Shown: positions 42,396 to 56,847, counted from the stretch's first letter. The stretch: 64,000 nt of DNA from Octopus vulgaris (GCA_951406725.2 OX597824.1:74772001-74836000), one strand, 5' to 3'. The notes: generated from the sequence alone by a model not told the origin. Numbers and translations: made by a program.

Positions 42396-43498
42396 GTTTC
42401 AATAATCGCTTGAATTTTCGCGTGTAGAATTCGCAGAAATTGTCTTTTTATCCATTCAGGGTCTATGAAAAAAGTACCAGTTGAGCACTGGAGTTGCTGT
42501 TATCGACTATATTCCAATCCCAAATTTTCTGGCCCTGTGTCTATAGCAGAAAGGATTTCTAAAATGGTATATTGAACATTAATTAGCATGAAATAAACGC
42601 AGAAAATTTTAATTTAGATCGACTTTATACAGGAAATTTCTATCATGGAACCAAGGGCTGTCTCAGGCGGACTTGTATCGAAAGAGTTAATTTTTTTTTG
42701 ACAATGTAAAGCAGATTAACCGAAGGCAGTGAGCTGGCAGAATCACTAACACGCCGGTAAAAATGTTTAGTGGTTTTACGTTCAAATTTCAGACCTCGCC
42801 GAAGTAAGGCTTACTCCTCATCCTTCTGACGTCGAGACAGCAAAGTATCTGCTTAGTACTGTAGCCGAATGGTATCGACTAAGCTCCCCCCACTCAAAAC
42901 TTTGAACCCTATGCCTAAATCAGAAATCATTATAATTTTTGTTGCTGTCAGGTCGTTGACCTGTAACCGTATTTGATACATATTTATATCACTTCTTATA
43001 CGTCTGCACGTCGAAGTGTCGGGCATACTGCCCAGTAGACATAGCTGTCGGTTCAAGTGTGTCTGTGGATATATTCGGACTTGGCACGGACTGGCCAGTC
43101 GGAAATGATGTAATCAATTGGTTCTGGTTGCATAGTCTAAAATTGATGTCAATAATATTTTTCGTGGGTTATAATTTTGTAATTGTTTGTTACCAATCAT
43201 TGACTCTGTACCGTGAAAATTAGATCTATTTCTGCTTCTAAATCAGAGTCATTTAGTCATTGTTTGGATTTCACTCTGACTTTGAACGTTTCTCTGTTGC
43301 AGTTTGTAGGTTATTGACCGTAGAGTATTTTCCATTTTCTTTGTTTCGTATATTTGGGAATTCCATTTTCATTTTTATGTCTTTTTAAGAACCTTTTTTC
43401 TGTTGTCTTATAACAAAAGAAATCACTTTCTTCAATGTAGTTTATTTCCGGTTTGCACGAAATTGTTTGGACGCTCAGGAAGGAAGGGAAGAAGGAGG

Positions 43499-43533
43499 GT
43501 TTAACGTTTCGAGCGGAGCTCTTCGTCAGAAAC
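43499..43533 (-). ncRNA. Minimal hammerhead ribozyme motif in a Penelope-type repeat (about 43470-43680)
   Basis: Minus strand: GTTT-CTGACGA-A-GAGC-TCC-GCTC-GAA-ACGT-T-AAAC; stems I and II pair fully and stem III is the palindrome ACGT. Confidence 0.7.
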
Positions 43534-43715
43534 ATAGGAAAAGGAAAGATCCAGAGAAGGGAAGACGGAGGAAAAAAAATCGCCAACGGTACACACGCGG
43601 TCACATTTTGAATGACCGGAAGGGAATGGGTGAAGAAAAGTTCTTTCAAAGACAGGAAAGTGCAAGAGGAGGTATATATACATAATACATATACATACAT
43701 ATATACATAAATACG

Positions 43716-43835
<120 letters not shown>

Positions 43836-44077
43836 AAGGTCGTGGAGTAGACGAAATAGGGACAACTGAAGGAGGAGATTATTCCTTCTGTTGTATGTCT
43901 TGTACTCTGATTTTTTCGTTGTTTGAAAAAATTCGTTTCCATGTTTTTGTTTTTATGTTTTCGTTTTTCATTCTGTTCAACGTTTTTTTGGTGTTCTGTA
44001 CCCATATATGCATGCATATATACATATAGATGTAGGTATGTACATATATGTATGTATATATGCATATGTTTATATAT

Positions 44078-44135
<58 letters not shown>

Positions 44136-44719
44136 TTTGCTTATTATACTAATCAGTTTTACTTTAACCTTCTTCCATGTATTTTCCTAGTTCCAGTGTT
44201 GTTGTTTTGTAGTAGTTTTCTATTTATATCAGATCCATTCCATTCTGTATTCGGGAGAGGTTTATTAGGGAAAGGTGCTAGTAGTTTTTATTCATAAACG
44301 TTTAAATACTATTAATTTTTTTGTTTATTATTTTGTAGTTTCTAGTTAGACTCATGAACATATGTTATATTTGATGTCATGTTTCTAGAACTCAATAGAG
44401 TTTTAATATTTGATTTATATGAGAATTCCTTTTGCAATATCTTTTTTCATTTGTCGGTGTTGTATATTTTCGTTTCCATCTGTAGGATTTCTGTTGGTAA
44501 GTGTTGACTACGGGTCTGCACATGCATACCCAGACCTGGTTAAGATTTTCTGAAGAAGACTAGGAGTTACCTATGCACGAAAATTTCCTCTCTCCACATT
44601 ACCGAAGGTTCTTTTCCGAAAGAAAGTCCACCAGCACAGGAAACAGCGTCAGTTGCAGCGCCAGCGGCGACATGTTTTCATTTACTAATTAGTTATTTAT
44701 ATGGGAGGTTTTTTTTTTT

Positions 44720-45020
44720 GTTTGTTCCTTCTCGAGCCATGCCTGGCTCATAAGGGCTGGTTTCCCGGTTTCCCTGGCGTATAGGTTCCCCACCTGGACG
44801 GAACGCTGGTCTGTCGCAAGTGAGCTGCTAGATGCAGAAGGAAAGAGTGGGAGAAAGCTGTGGCGAAAGAATCAACAGAAGTTCGCCATTATCTTCTGCC
44901 GGAGCCGCGTGGAGCTTAGGTGTTTCGCTCATAAACACACACATCGCCCGGTCTGAGATTCGAACCCGCGATCCCTCGACCGCGAGTCCGCTGCTCTAAC
45001 CAGTAGGCCAAGTGCCTCCA
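44720..45020 (-). mobile_element. SINE family C
   Basis: Same as 7781-8078; TSD ATATGGGAGGTTTT at 44699-44712 and 45023-45036. Confidence 0.92.
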
Positions 45021-45634
45021 CGATATGGGAGGTTTTGGTCTATTTTTCCAATTTCAATGCATGTATCAAATTTAACATTTTCAGTTTTAGTTAACTTGTC
45101 TCTTCTTAGCTATACATTTATCTAATTCCAAGCACATTTCCTTTTGTCTGAAATGAATTTATTTAAGATTTCTTTTTGCTGGTGTTTACAACTAGCTATC
45201 ATTTCCCCGCTCGCTATCCATACAAAAGAAATGGTTTATTGTTTGTACGTAGAGACCCCATTAAAAAATCTCTTGAATGAAAATAGTATTGCCGGTTTCA
45301 TTCAACAGACTTGCTAATGGAGTCAGAGCTAGGAAAAGTGTAGTAGAGGCCATGGATCTCTCTGGATATAGAGCTGGTTCTAATTATCTTATCTTAATTG
45401 TTTTCCATTTTGACATGGCGTCTCTGAGGCACTTATTATTAATATCGTTAAAATTCATAGAATAAGACATGCATAAAGAGCTTCCTTTCTTGGAACAGGA
45501 ATGAGAAACATCTTAGAGAAAATATAGAGGAGTTCATGATAATAAGCCTATTCGTGGTTAATGGAACTGTTGCAGGTTAACAAAAATATTGAAATTTTCA
45601 GAAAATTTGTGTTCTATACACAGGAATTTATACT

Positions 45635-45850
45635 CACTCTTTTACTTTTTTACTTGTTTCAGTCATTTGACTGCGGCCATGTCGGAGCACCGCCTTTAGT
45701 CGAGCAAATCGACCCCGGGACTTATTCTTTGTAAGCCCAGTACTTATTCTATCGGTCTCTTTTACCGAACCGCTAAGTGACGGGGACATAAACACACCAG
45801 CATCGGTTGTCAAGCAATGCTAGGGGGACAAACACACATACACAAACACA

Positions 45851-45916
<66 letters not shown>

Positions 45917-46079
45917 CGACAGGCTTCTTTCAGTTTCCGTCTACCAAATCCACTCACAAGGCATTGGTCGGCCCGGGGCTATAGCAGAAGACACTTGCCC
46001 AAGATGCCACGCAGTGGGACTGAACCCGGAACCATGTGGTTGGTTAGCAAGCTACTTGCCACACAGCCACTCCTGCGCC
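45635..46079 (-). mobile_element. SINE family A, full length
   Basis: Same family as 12860-13270. Confidence 0.93.
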
Positions 46080-46821
46080 CATACGTTTATGAAAAGAGAA
46101 AAATATTTTAAAAATTCTTTTCGATCCTCTCCGCATCTCTTATAAATCCTAAAATTTCCACTCTTTTTCGATTTAAAAAAAAGTTTAAGATTCGGACAGT
46201 CCGAATATTTTGTTTAAATCCCAGCAAAAGATCACCCTTGTTCATTATCATTCCATTAAATGTGTTTATGAGGAGAAGAATATTGAAAGACATCAATATA
46301 TGTCAGAGTGTAACGAAACTAGGAAGATATCAGGTGGTCGTGGGATGTGCTAAAAGTGACAGCCAAATCGCCCTTAAGTCACACACACACTCAAGTTTCA
46401 ATAATCGCATGAATTCTCGCGTGTAGAATATAAATTCGCAGAAATTTTCTGAAAATTCCAAAAGATAAAAAAGTTATGAGGGGTTATATAAGACGCTTAG
46501 ACCAGAATTCAGCCAAATATCCAATAGAAAGCATGCTTAGAATTATTCAAGATTAATAATTTTATTTAATGATGTTTTAGCTTTAATCTTTTAGTTTTAA
46601 TTGAGAGACAAACCGTGGTTATGCGTTGTTAGTAGTGGTATCAAAAATGGTGTCGGAGAAAATGTTATTTCTTCCGCTTCTTTATGTTCTGAGTTCAAAT
46701 ACAGTCGGAGTCACTTTCCCCGTTTATCCTTTTGGGAGTGATAAAATAAGTGTCAGTTTAGGACTGGGGGTTAATGTCATCGACTTACACCTTCCACTAA
46801 AATCACTGGCATTGTGCCAAA

Positions 46822-46886
<65 letters not shown>

Positions 46887-46900
46887 CATCATTATTATTA

Positions 46901-46979
<79 letters not shown>

Positions 46980-46980
<1 letters not shown>

Positions 46981-47320
46981 GAGTGAGAGAGCAGCGCATG
47001 CCATCAAAGTGACACTGGGGTAAAACATACGAAACCCAGTATACCCATCATGACTACCTGTCTGATAAGGTTACACCAAGCACATGCAGCACAACCATAC
47101 GTGCACGACATGGTGATCTCATATCAAGATAAACAGCGCATGACCTTGCAGGTAGGGCCCAGTTAGAATTTTCTTCTGGTCGAGTAGCCCACCTCACTCA
47201 AAAAATCCCTGAATAAGGTTTGCTTAAGGATGTTGAACAAAACAGCCATATTTCCAAAGGTGATTTATTCAAACACAAAAGAATTCCTCTCAGCAAATTG
47301 CTATGATGCTCCCCCACCAC
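46980..47320 (-). mobile_element. Partial copy of the (TAA)n-associated repeat
   Basis: Reverse complement of about 11610-11955; abuts (TTA)n at 46822-46980. Confidence 0.85.
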
Positions 47321-49094
47321 TTTGCATTGGTATAATGGAAAGATATGGAAATTCGGCGTTTTATTTCTTGCGCATGTGTCGATGTGTTCGCTCAGGGTTA
47401 TCTGCCTGTATTGAGGAAAACGAATCTGTTCTTTATGCGGCGTGACTCTGCGTCACAAAGTAAGGCTTGCAAAGATTCAATCTCCTTATAAGAATGCCTA
47501 CACAAGGAAAATCTGTTCATACAAAAGTACAGACCATACCTTAATATACAAACTTGACCACTTCAAAAATTATACTGAGGATTTAGTTGTCCCTCTTTCC
47601 ATCTGTTACCCCACTTGGTCCACTCTCAAGACTCATTCATATTTTTCAAGCATCCAAAAAAGCGAGACCCATTTGTCACAAGAACTGATTACTTCACAAT
47701 GTCCCTTGAAAAGCTAATTTAAATAGCGAAAACCATAAAATATGCATATACCTTAAAAATTTCTTTATAAAAAGATATTAAACTATGTGAAACGAAGACG
47801 TTTCTCTTCCACTTTGTATTTATGTTTTCCACATATTTTCAGCCTATATATAAACTCTTTAACCAGTTTCAGCTCGAAGGCTGCGGTCATGCTGGGGCAC
47901 CAATTCACTCACACACAAAACACACACACACACACATTTATATTGATCGACTTCTTTCAGTTTCCATCCACCAGATCAACTCACATGACTTTGGAGCCGT
48001 AGTAGAAGACATTTACCCAAGGTGCCACGCAGTGGGACTGAGTCCAAAACCACATGGTTGGGAAACGAACTCCTTAACCACACAGACGGCCAAAAATATT
48101 TAAAAAATCAAATGACAGAAATCAAACTCGCAAACAAGAAATATTTCGTTCGTTTAGTTCTATTTATCTAATGACTGCTTCGTCACCGAAGATCATACTT
48201 TTGGATTTGTTAACACAATATTCTTGGCAGTAAAAAGTAATTATTCCGTTCCAAACTTTTCTTTAATTGTAATTAAGCTTCGCAGAATTAAAACGAAATT
48301 TATATTTTTTCAAAAATATTTTTTTTTTTGCGAAATTACGAAAATAAAATAAAGATAGTATTGCAAACGAGAGATATTAACCGGATCAAACTGCCATGAG
48401 TAGGTTTTGAAAAAGAGCAGCAAGGAAAGACAAAAAACAACGACTAAAGCCTGACAGCGTTTGTGTGCTACAGGTGATCATTGAACCTGTTCTTAAGCGA
48501 ACAGATTATAATTTTTTTTAATGCTGTACTCCATTGCTGTTCTCCACAGACTCCAGAATATTACTTCGTTAATCTTAAAATTTGTCTTAGTTTTAGTTTT
48601 TTTTTTAAAGTAGTTTTGTAATTATTATTTTTACTTATTTTTGTTTTTGTTTTGCCTCAAGTTGACAATATTGAAACTGCGTGCTTTCATTCGCTGCTTA
48701 ATCACATCATAAATAACCTTTAGTTTTTTTTGTTTTTTTTTACAAATTTCTATAAACAATTCTACACGTCTCACAAAAACAAGTTTCAGCTTCCAAGTCG
48801 GAAAGAAGGGAGTCATTAGTATTGTTTATTATTATTTCACATACGCACAATAGATTAAACAGTTGGAAAAGAAATAATTCCTAACATCGGTCTACAACAA
48901 GTAACCTTAGATACCAAGAACCTTCCTAAGTATTCTAGTTGTCCCTAATAACGCTGTTTTCTAGAGCTGTACTAAATTATGTTTTATGCCTATTTCTTCT
49001 ATCCGTCTGTTCAAATCTTTAGGAATGATTTCTAGTACACTTATAACTACAGGGAAACATTTTATCTGTACACTCCATAACCTCTATAACTCAA

Positions 49095-49277
49095 TGGTCC
49101 TGGTACTTTGTTGGGTTCTGGTACTTTGCTAAGTCCTGGTCCTTTGCTAGGTCCTGGTACATTGTTGTTTTCTCTATATCTCTCATATTGACTGTCTCAT
49201 CATTTAGGATTGTAATGTCAATTATCTGTTTTTTTTCTATCTCTTTGTCTACTACTACTAAATCAGGCCTTCCCTGC
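49095..49277 (-). mobile_element. REL-endonuclease fragment of an R4/NeSL-type retroelement
   Basis: GRPDLVVVDK...IIDITILND...EKTTMYQDL in ORF 49091-49426. Confidence 0.7.
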
Positions 49278-49800
49278 TTAAAATGGAAGATAAGAAAGTT
49301 CATTTTCGACACTTGATGCTTTTCTTTTTCGTAAAGGGAAAAATGCCTCACAAGCAACCAAAGAAATACGCGCAGCTTACGATGATGTTTCTTTGTCCGA
49401 AAGGACTTTACGGAAGTGGTTCGCAAGGTTCCGAGCTGGAGATTGTAGCCTTATTGATAAAGAGTGATCAGGCAGACCATCCACTACAGATGATGACCAA
49501 ATCAAGTCATTAATTGAGAATAACCCACATTGCACAACTTGAGAATTGGCAGAAAGCCTCAACCTATAAAAATCCGTCGTTCATGAGCACCTGGTAAAGC
49601 TTGGGTACACGAATCGCTACGATGTTTGGGTACCACATGAGTTGAGTGAAAAGAACCTTTGGATCGCATTTCCATCTGTGATTTGCTTTATAAACGGAAT
49701 GAAAACGCGCCTTTTTTAAAGCAAATTGTGACAGGTGATGAGAAATGGATTACCTACCGAAATGTTCAGAGACAGCCATCCTGGAGTAAGCGACATGAGC
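49278..49800 (+). mobile_element. Mariner transposase N-terminal fragment (frameshifted)
   Basis: MEDKKVHFRHLML..., WFARFRAGD, WVPHELSEKN and FLKQIVTGDEKWI; same family as 27497-28053. Confidence 0.9.
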
Positions 49801-49809
49801 CAAATCAAA

Positions 49810-51484
49810 AGAACTTCCTGTTGTGCTGTTAAGCAATTTTTCTTTCCGTTTGCTTGAAAGTTTTTTTATTGTTGAGTGTTATTGTTTTTGCTGTTTTGCA
49901 GCAGTTCAGTTGTTGTACTTTCTCTCTGTGAAAGAAGGCAAGCTATTCCTCAACGAACTCTGTTTATTCAGATATCAGCGAATTGTTGTCATCGGAGGAG
50001 GAGCCCGTGAGAGCGGTGAAGAAAATGGACAGGCGTTTGGAAGGAAAGACCTTCGCGGAAGCCGCAGAAATTCGTAAAAAGGAGGTAAATGTGAAAAATC
50101 GGAGAAGGTTCGAAAACATGGTAGATAGGGATGATGGCGATGTTAAAGTGTCACCACTCGAGGAAATAATGGAAAAAATGATGGAGAGACTCATTGTCTA
50201 TAAGGTGTACTCCGTAGAAGAAAAGATCACTTTAGAGTCAACTGAAATAATCGAAATATCACTAAGGCCAATTTGGCGAGATATAACTTACCTTTCCTGA
50301 GGAAGCTGTTTCGGAACAGTTAACGGTAATTTCAAAAGCATCGAGAAAGCAAGGGAACACTCAGTAACATTTCTGAAGACGGACAAAGTAGCCCTCCTTC
50401 CAATGTACTTGGGAAGAAGGACTGCCAGTGCCAAGGTGGAAGGAATTCCCCCGGAAATAGAATGGCTTGGTCAGCGGCAACAGTGCTTCAGGGAAGCGAA
50501 GAGGAAGTGATAGTCATCCAAGCCAGAGAGACAGAGGCTACGAACGGGCAAGGTAAGGCTCTTGAAATCATAATTCAGTGCGCTACGGAATATCTGGAAA
50601 AAATGGTTGAGACCATAACTATTGGCGAAGCAGTGTTGAGAGCATGGGTGGGCGGTAGACTCCATCGCTGCTTCAAATGCGGCCAAAAGGGCCACATCAG
50701 GGCAGATTGTCCGGAGAAAAAGAAAGAAAGCCGGGAGGAAGAACGGAAGGAACCAGAAAAGGTGGAAGAAATAGCAGAGAAGGAGGAAGAAATATGGAAG
50801 GTGGCGAAGGAGAGAAAAAGGAAAAAAAGAAGTCAAGATGAACAGGAACATTGGTATAATGGAAAGATATGGAAATTCGGCGTTTTATTTCTTGCGCATG
50901 TGTCGATATGTTCGCTCAGGGCTATCTGCTTGTATTGAGGAAAACGAATCTGTTCTTTATGCAGCGTGACTCTGCGTCTCAGTGTAAGGCTTGAAAAGAT
51001 TCAATCTCCCATCCCACCCATACCCTCTCGGACCCCCCCCCCTTCCGCAGACACCAAACCCGCCCATTCCCCTCCTACACGGAGAAAAAGAAAAAAGAAA
51101 AGCAGTCACAACAGAATGTACAAAATTCTCCTCCCAGTGATATATGTTATGTTTGTGTATTTATAGAGGACATAGGCGAGGAACTACTTAATAAAATAAC
51201 AACGTGGGAAAATGTAAAGTTAGTAGAATAAAATGAGTGCACGAACATAGTAGGATGACACCTGTGTATACTTGTGACAGAAAAACAAAAGGAGGGAATA
51301 ACTAAATGTAAGAAAGTACAGGAATGTCGAAGGATAAGTGTGGATATTAATAAAATACAGGACAATGTGACATACAAGGAGCTAAAGGAAGAATTTGGAA
51401 TAGATATACTGAAAGACTCAAGATTTAAAAGATAAAATAGAAGCAAGTGATGCTGCTTGACATAGGGCAAGCAACACACTTTCA
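49810..51484 (+). mobile_element. Gag/ORF1-like zinc-knuckle retroelement remnant
   Basis: Broken ORFs 49983-50300 and 50462-50850 with the CCHC knuckle CFKCGQKGHIRADC followed by an E/K-rich stretch; ends at (TAA)n; no RT seen. Confidence 0.7.
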
Positions 51485-51509
51485 TTAATAATAATAATAA
51501 TAATAATAA

Positions 51510-51565
<56 letters not shown>

Positions 51566-51583
51566 ATACTAATACTAATAGTA

Positions 51584-51629
<46 letters not shown>

Positions 51630-51664
51630 TGATGATGATAATGATGATGATGATGATGATGATT

Positions 51665-51740
<76 letters not shown>

Positions 51741-51767
51741 GTGATGGTGATGGTGATGGTGATGATG

Positions 51768-51829
<62 letters not shown>

Positions 51830-51832
51830 AAT
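51485..51832. repeat. Compound (TAA)n/(TAG)n/(TGA)n microsatellite
   Basis: Directly visible. Confidence 0.97.
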
Positions 51833-51895
51833 ATGCCGTGATTGCCCGGAGAAAAAGAAAGAAAGCCGGGAGGAAGAACGGAAGGAACCAGAAAA

Positions 51896-52142
51896 TATAC
51901 ACCGCCGGAAGTTGTTGTTGACAAACAACGGCAGTAATTTTATTCAGTTGAATACATGTCATTGATTGGTTGAAATTACCGAAATACGATAACTTTAAAA
52001 CGAAATAACTTCGTAAACTTTTCTCAAAAACGCTAAGAGTAAAAGATGTTTTATATGACACATTCTACCAGTGTCCGAAGTTTGAAACTGTTTAGTTACA
52101 AAAAATTATTTTTTAAATCTGTAGGTCAAAAGGTAAAGATCC
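51896..52142. mobile_element. Right-hand fragment of a MITE related to 3711-4135
   Basis: Shares TGATTGGTTGAAATT, AAAAGATGTTTTATA, CACATTCTACCAGT and the AAAGATCC terminus. Confidence 0.7.
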
Positions 52143-52442
52143 GTAGTAGCACCTTGAGCACTTTGTTCAAAATTTGGATCTTGCGCTTGAAAAATTTTAT
52201 ACAAAAGTGAGCTGAAAAATATAACTCGTAAGCCCGGGGTCTCGTAAAGCGGGTCCTCGTAAAGTGAGACATTACTATATGCTTATTTATACTGGTTTAA
52301 AATTTTGGTACAAGGCCAGCTACTTCGGACGAGGGTGCTAGTCGATTACATCGACCCCAGTTGACCTCGGCGGAATTTGAATTCAGAATGAGAAAACGGA
52401 CGAAATGCCGCTATCGATTTTGACAGCTCAATGTCTATTGTT

Positions 52443-52897
52443 TATTTATACCATTTTGGGCGATCTTTCGTCTCTAGTAGACCTTTCCGTCGATTTCCGT
52501 AAAATAATTTTTTTTTTTACATATGGGCTTGCGGGAACTTTTGAAGTAATATACATACATATACACATACACCGAGTAAAAAATTTCAGTTATCTCTTTC
52601 TTTCACACATTACTCTGTCTCTTCACACACACTAACAGAAGCACTTCACTTACACAACATACTGTCTGTCTCCCACACCCCATTAAACACACACACACAC
52701 ATGTACATCAATGCTTGCCATGCACGGTAACTTCAAAAGAACTTCCCTCGTCATACAATCGCTTTCTCTTAGTCTCTTTCGCTCTCATTACTTCAAAAGT
52801 TCCCGCAAGCCCATATGTAAAAAAAATAAATTTTTTTTACGGAAATCGACGGAAAGGTCTACTAGAGACGAAAGATTGCCCCAATTTGTATTTAATA
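52443..52897. mobile_element. MITE with long (~100 bp) terminal inverted repeats
   Basis: TCTTTCGTCTCTAGTAGACCTTTCCGTCGATTTCCGTAAAA...GGGCTTGCGGGAACTTTTGAAGTAAT has its reverse complement at about 52787-52885. Confidence 0.88.
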
Positions 52898-53348
52898 GTT
52901 GTCAATTTCTTTAATTTGTCATTTCGTTACTCCTCGATCTACTTAACGTTGTCATTTTGATATATTGTTATTCTCAAACGATGTCTACTGGCATCAACTT
53001 CGTTCAATGGCCCTTTATATATGAACCTGTAGGAGAGGGCGCTTGATGGTAGAACCAGCTGGTTAGCGGTAGATAGAAGCGGAGTGTCATATGCATGCAT
53101 GTATGTATGTATGTATGTATGTATGTATGTATGTATGTATGTATGTATGTATGTATGTATGCACGTAGGTATGTATGTATGTGTGTGTGTATGTATGCAT
53201 GTATGTATGTATGTATGTTACAGATATATACATACTTATATATGTATGCATATGTGCACACACACACACACACATATCTATAAATTGAGGGTGTAATCAT
53301 TAAAATTATTATATCAGTGGCTAGCGTATAAAAACATAACGGTAAAAT

Positions 53349-53750
53349 TTCATGGCAAAGAATTCATCAAGGTATTTTTTTACGTCATCCCAGGAATTGA
53401 AATTTTTACCATTAAGACTATTCTGCAGAGACCTGAATAAGTGGAAATCCGAAGGACCAATATCTGGTGAATATGGAGGGTGGGGTAACACATCCCAGCC
53501 GAGCTGCAGCAATTTTTGTCTGGTTCCCAAAGCATCAAGTGCCGAAAATGAACTTTCTTATCTTCCATTTTAAAGGGTTACAGAATTAACACAGGTTATA
53601 GGAACATAAACCTTCGTCCACGAAAAGATAGCTTAAACTGTGCTGTAAATGGAAGTGTAGCCAAATCCTATTTTATGGACTCAACTATTTTCTAAAATAA
53701 GTCGAAAGGTAAGCTACTATAAATCGGCACGAACTTTCCGGACAACCCAA
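53349..53750 (-). mobile_element. Second copy of the internally deleted mariner (3'-truncated)
   Basis: Left TIR plus TA at 53750; LGWDVLPHPPYSPDIGPSDFHLF; same deletion junction as 27497-28053. Confidence 0.92.
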
Positions 53751-53771
53751 TATATATATATATGTATATAT

Positions 53772-53836
<65 letters not shown>

Positions 53837-55569
53837 TGTATGTATGTATGTGTATGTATGTATGTATGTGTGTGTGTGTGCATGTACATGCATGTCTGTA
53901 TACCTTCACAAATATCTTATACAAAATAGTACATGAACAAAACTGTTTCGTAAATCTGAGCTCGTTGGAAAGCCTGATTTTTGAGAAAGATCTAACTGGA
54001 TTACACTCCAAGGAATTATTCGAGTTCAAATTTTAAAATTCAAAGAAATTACTAAATTTCTACTGCCACTTAAAACAACCTCACTTAGTTTAGATGAAAG
54101 TGAACATTTTAAAACACGCAATTTGAAAAAAAACAAACAAAACGAATCTTTAAAAATGTATTATAAAGTTTCAAAAACATTGAGAACCAACTCGTGCAGC
54201 AAAACAAAAGCAAAAATCTTTATGAAACAAATCACTTTATTCATTCCCCAAATTTCTATCTAATAGTTTCACAAGTGATGAGGAAAATAATGCAATAACA
54301 TAGAACTCATTAACTTTAAACCTAACGAAATTGCATCAAGTTTGAAGATGAAAGAGTTGAGGTTTTAGTACAACAGAAACCATACATTACATTTAATGAT
54401 CACAAGTTAATTTTCGGGTTAAATCATCTACAAGAGTTATCAATCCAAACAGAAGCCAAATCGAGATAAATATTATAAAATGCAAACAAAAGAATAGGTT
54501 TAAGCACAATAGCAGCAACTTTGAAGTAGTGAGAGGAGTATTAGACTGGTACATTACCTCCCGGAGGAAAGAAAGCAAAGTTGATCTCGACGGGATTTGA
54601 ACTTAGAATGTAAAGAGCCGGAAGGAATACTGTGAATCTTGTTTTTCAAACCATCTAACATTTCTATCAGCTCGCCGCTTTATTAGGTAAAGGAATAAGC
54701 TTTTCTGATTTAGGCAGAAGACCGAAACAATTTAGAGGGAAAGGGGATAGGCGATTATACCGGCCCCGGCTCTTCACTGGTCCCAAATTCTATCGTTTTC
54801 GAAAGAATGACAAGCAAGGTTGACGGGATTTAAACACAGAATGTAAATGGCCGGAAGAAATACTTCAAAGCATTTATCCAACATACACGTGATACTATCA
54901 GCTTGCTGCCATAGCAGCTAAAACTATAATAATAAGAATAAAAATAAAATTTGTTTATAGTTTATCATCACGGAACTCCAGCATTAAATTTATAAAGCAG
55001 TTCAATATCATCAGTTCTAAACAACAATATATTTCTATCCAATATACCGTCATAGAATATTAATCTCAGCTCACTGAAGTCTTGCTCTATAAATCTTTAC
55101 CCTAAACCCGAATGATATTCCTATTAGTTATGCGAAATTAAAATAATTATGCCTATGTGATAACGTATATTCAGTAATTCTTTTGATGTCAGTATGGGAT
55201 CAAGATATTCTGTTGAAATATGTGATCTAGTGATTTAATCAGCCTTTATTTATTATAGATGATGTACACAACATTTGAATTTTTACAATGTGATCTATTT
55301 TCTTTTTTTTTCTTTCTGATAGTACGTGACATAAATGAATGAAAAATAGATATCGCATTAACATATCTAATGATTGGAATTTAAGTTATAGTCAACACTG
55401 ACCTGAAAATAGTATATTTTCTCGGTATGATATTGAATTTAGAACTTTGCTGATACCATATATCAGAAATAGCAACAGCAACGATAAACCACCCACCACC
55501 ATTATGAATAAAGCATAAAACATTTCATTTATCATTAATAAACTAAGTTTTGACAATACTGTATCTTAA

Positions 55570-55847
55570 CTCTCTCTCTTTTTAATCTTTTACTTGTTTC
55601 AGTCATTTCACTGCGGCCATGCTAGAGCACCGCCTTTAGTCGAGCAAATCGACCACCAGGACTTATTCTTTGTAAGCCTAGTACTTATTCTATCGGTCTC
55701 TTTCGCTGAACCGCTAAGTTACGGGGACGTAAACACACCAGCATCGGTTGTCAAGCGATGTTGGGGGGACAAACATACACACACACATACATACATACGT
55801 ACATACATACATACGTACACATACACACACATACATACATACATACA

Positions 55848-55881
<34 letters not shown>

Positions 55882-55882
55882 C

Positions 55883-55963
<81 letters not shown>

Positions 55964-56351
55964 TATATATAGCAAAAGAGGGAGTGGTGTTTCCACGCAG
56001 AAAAAAATTTAGGAAAATGTGTAAATGTGTTGTTGAAAATGCACTTAAGTTTCAAAAGCTCATAAATGTTTAAAATACATTTATTTACATTGGTATATAT
56101 GTAAATAAATGTATTTTAAACATTTGCGAGCTTTTGAAATTTAAGTGCATTTTCAGCAACACATTTTCCTAAATATATATACATATATACGACGGGCTCC
56201 TTTCAGTTTCCGTCTACCAAATCCACTCACAAGGCTTTGGTCGGCCCGAGGCTATAGTAGAAGACACTTGCCCAAGTGCCACGCTGTGGGACTGAACCCG
56301 GAACCATGTGGTTTGTAAGCAAGCTACTTACCACACAGCCTCTCCTACGCC
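55570..56351 (-). mobile_element. SINE family A with a palindromic insert in its microsatellite
   Basis: Both halves of family A are present, separated by microsatellite and the 56008-56173 hairpin; a further diverged copy lies at 56515-57105. Confidence 0.9.
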
Positions 56352-56777
56352 TTGTTAAAAAGATATAATCTAATTCTCTGTGTGAAGAATTTCTTGTAGT
56401 CTAACATGTAAACATCCGTAATTCATATTAGGCAATGAAACGTGAGTAATGGTGATCAATGATACCCACCAAAGAATTTCTAATGTTCTGCTTTTCTTTT
56501 TATATACTCTTCTTATATTCTTTTATTTGTTTCAGTCATTTTGACTGTGGCCATGCTGGAGCACCTTTTAGTCGAAGAAATCGACTCCTGGAATATTATT
56601 CTTTGTATGCCTGGTACTCATTCTATCAGTCACTTTTGCCGGACCGCTAATTGACGGGGACGTGAATATACCAACATCGGTTGTCAAGCGGGGGGGGGAT
56701 CAAACACAGACACAAACACAAATATATATATGTATATACATGTATATATGTATATGTATATACATATATATATATAC

Positions 56778-56847
<70 letters not shown>

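Noticed and set aside
50462-50938. Zinc-knuckle ORF as a host gene
   Set aside because: The upstream frame has a stop and frameshift, and the C-terminus runs into an inserted repeat; better explained as retroelement ORF1/gag debris.
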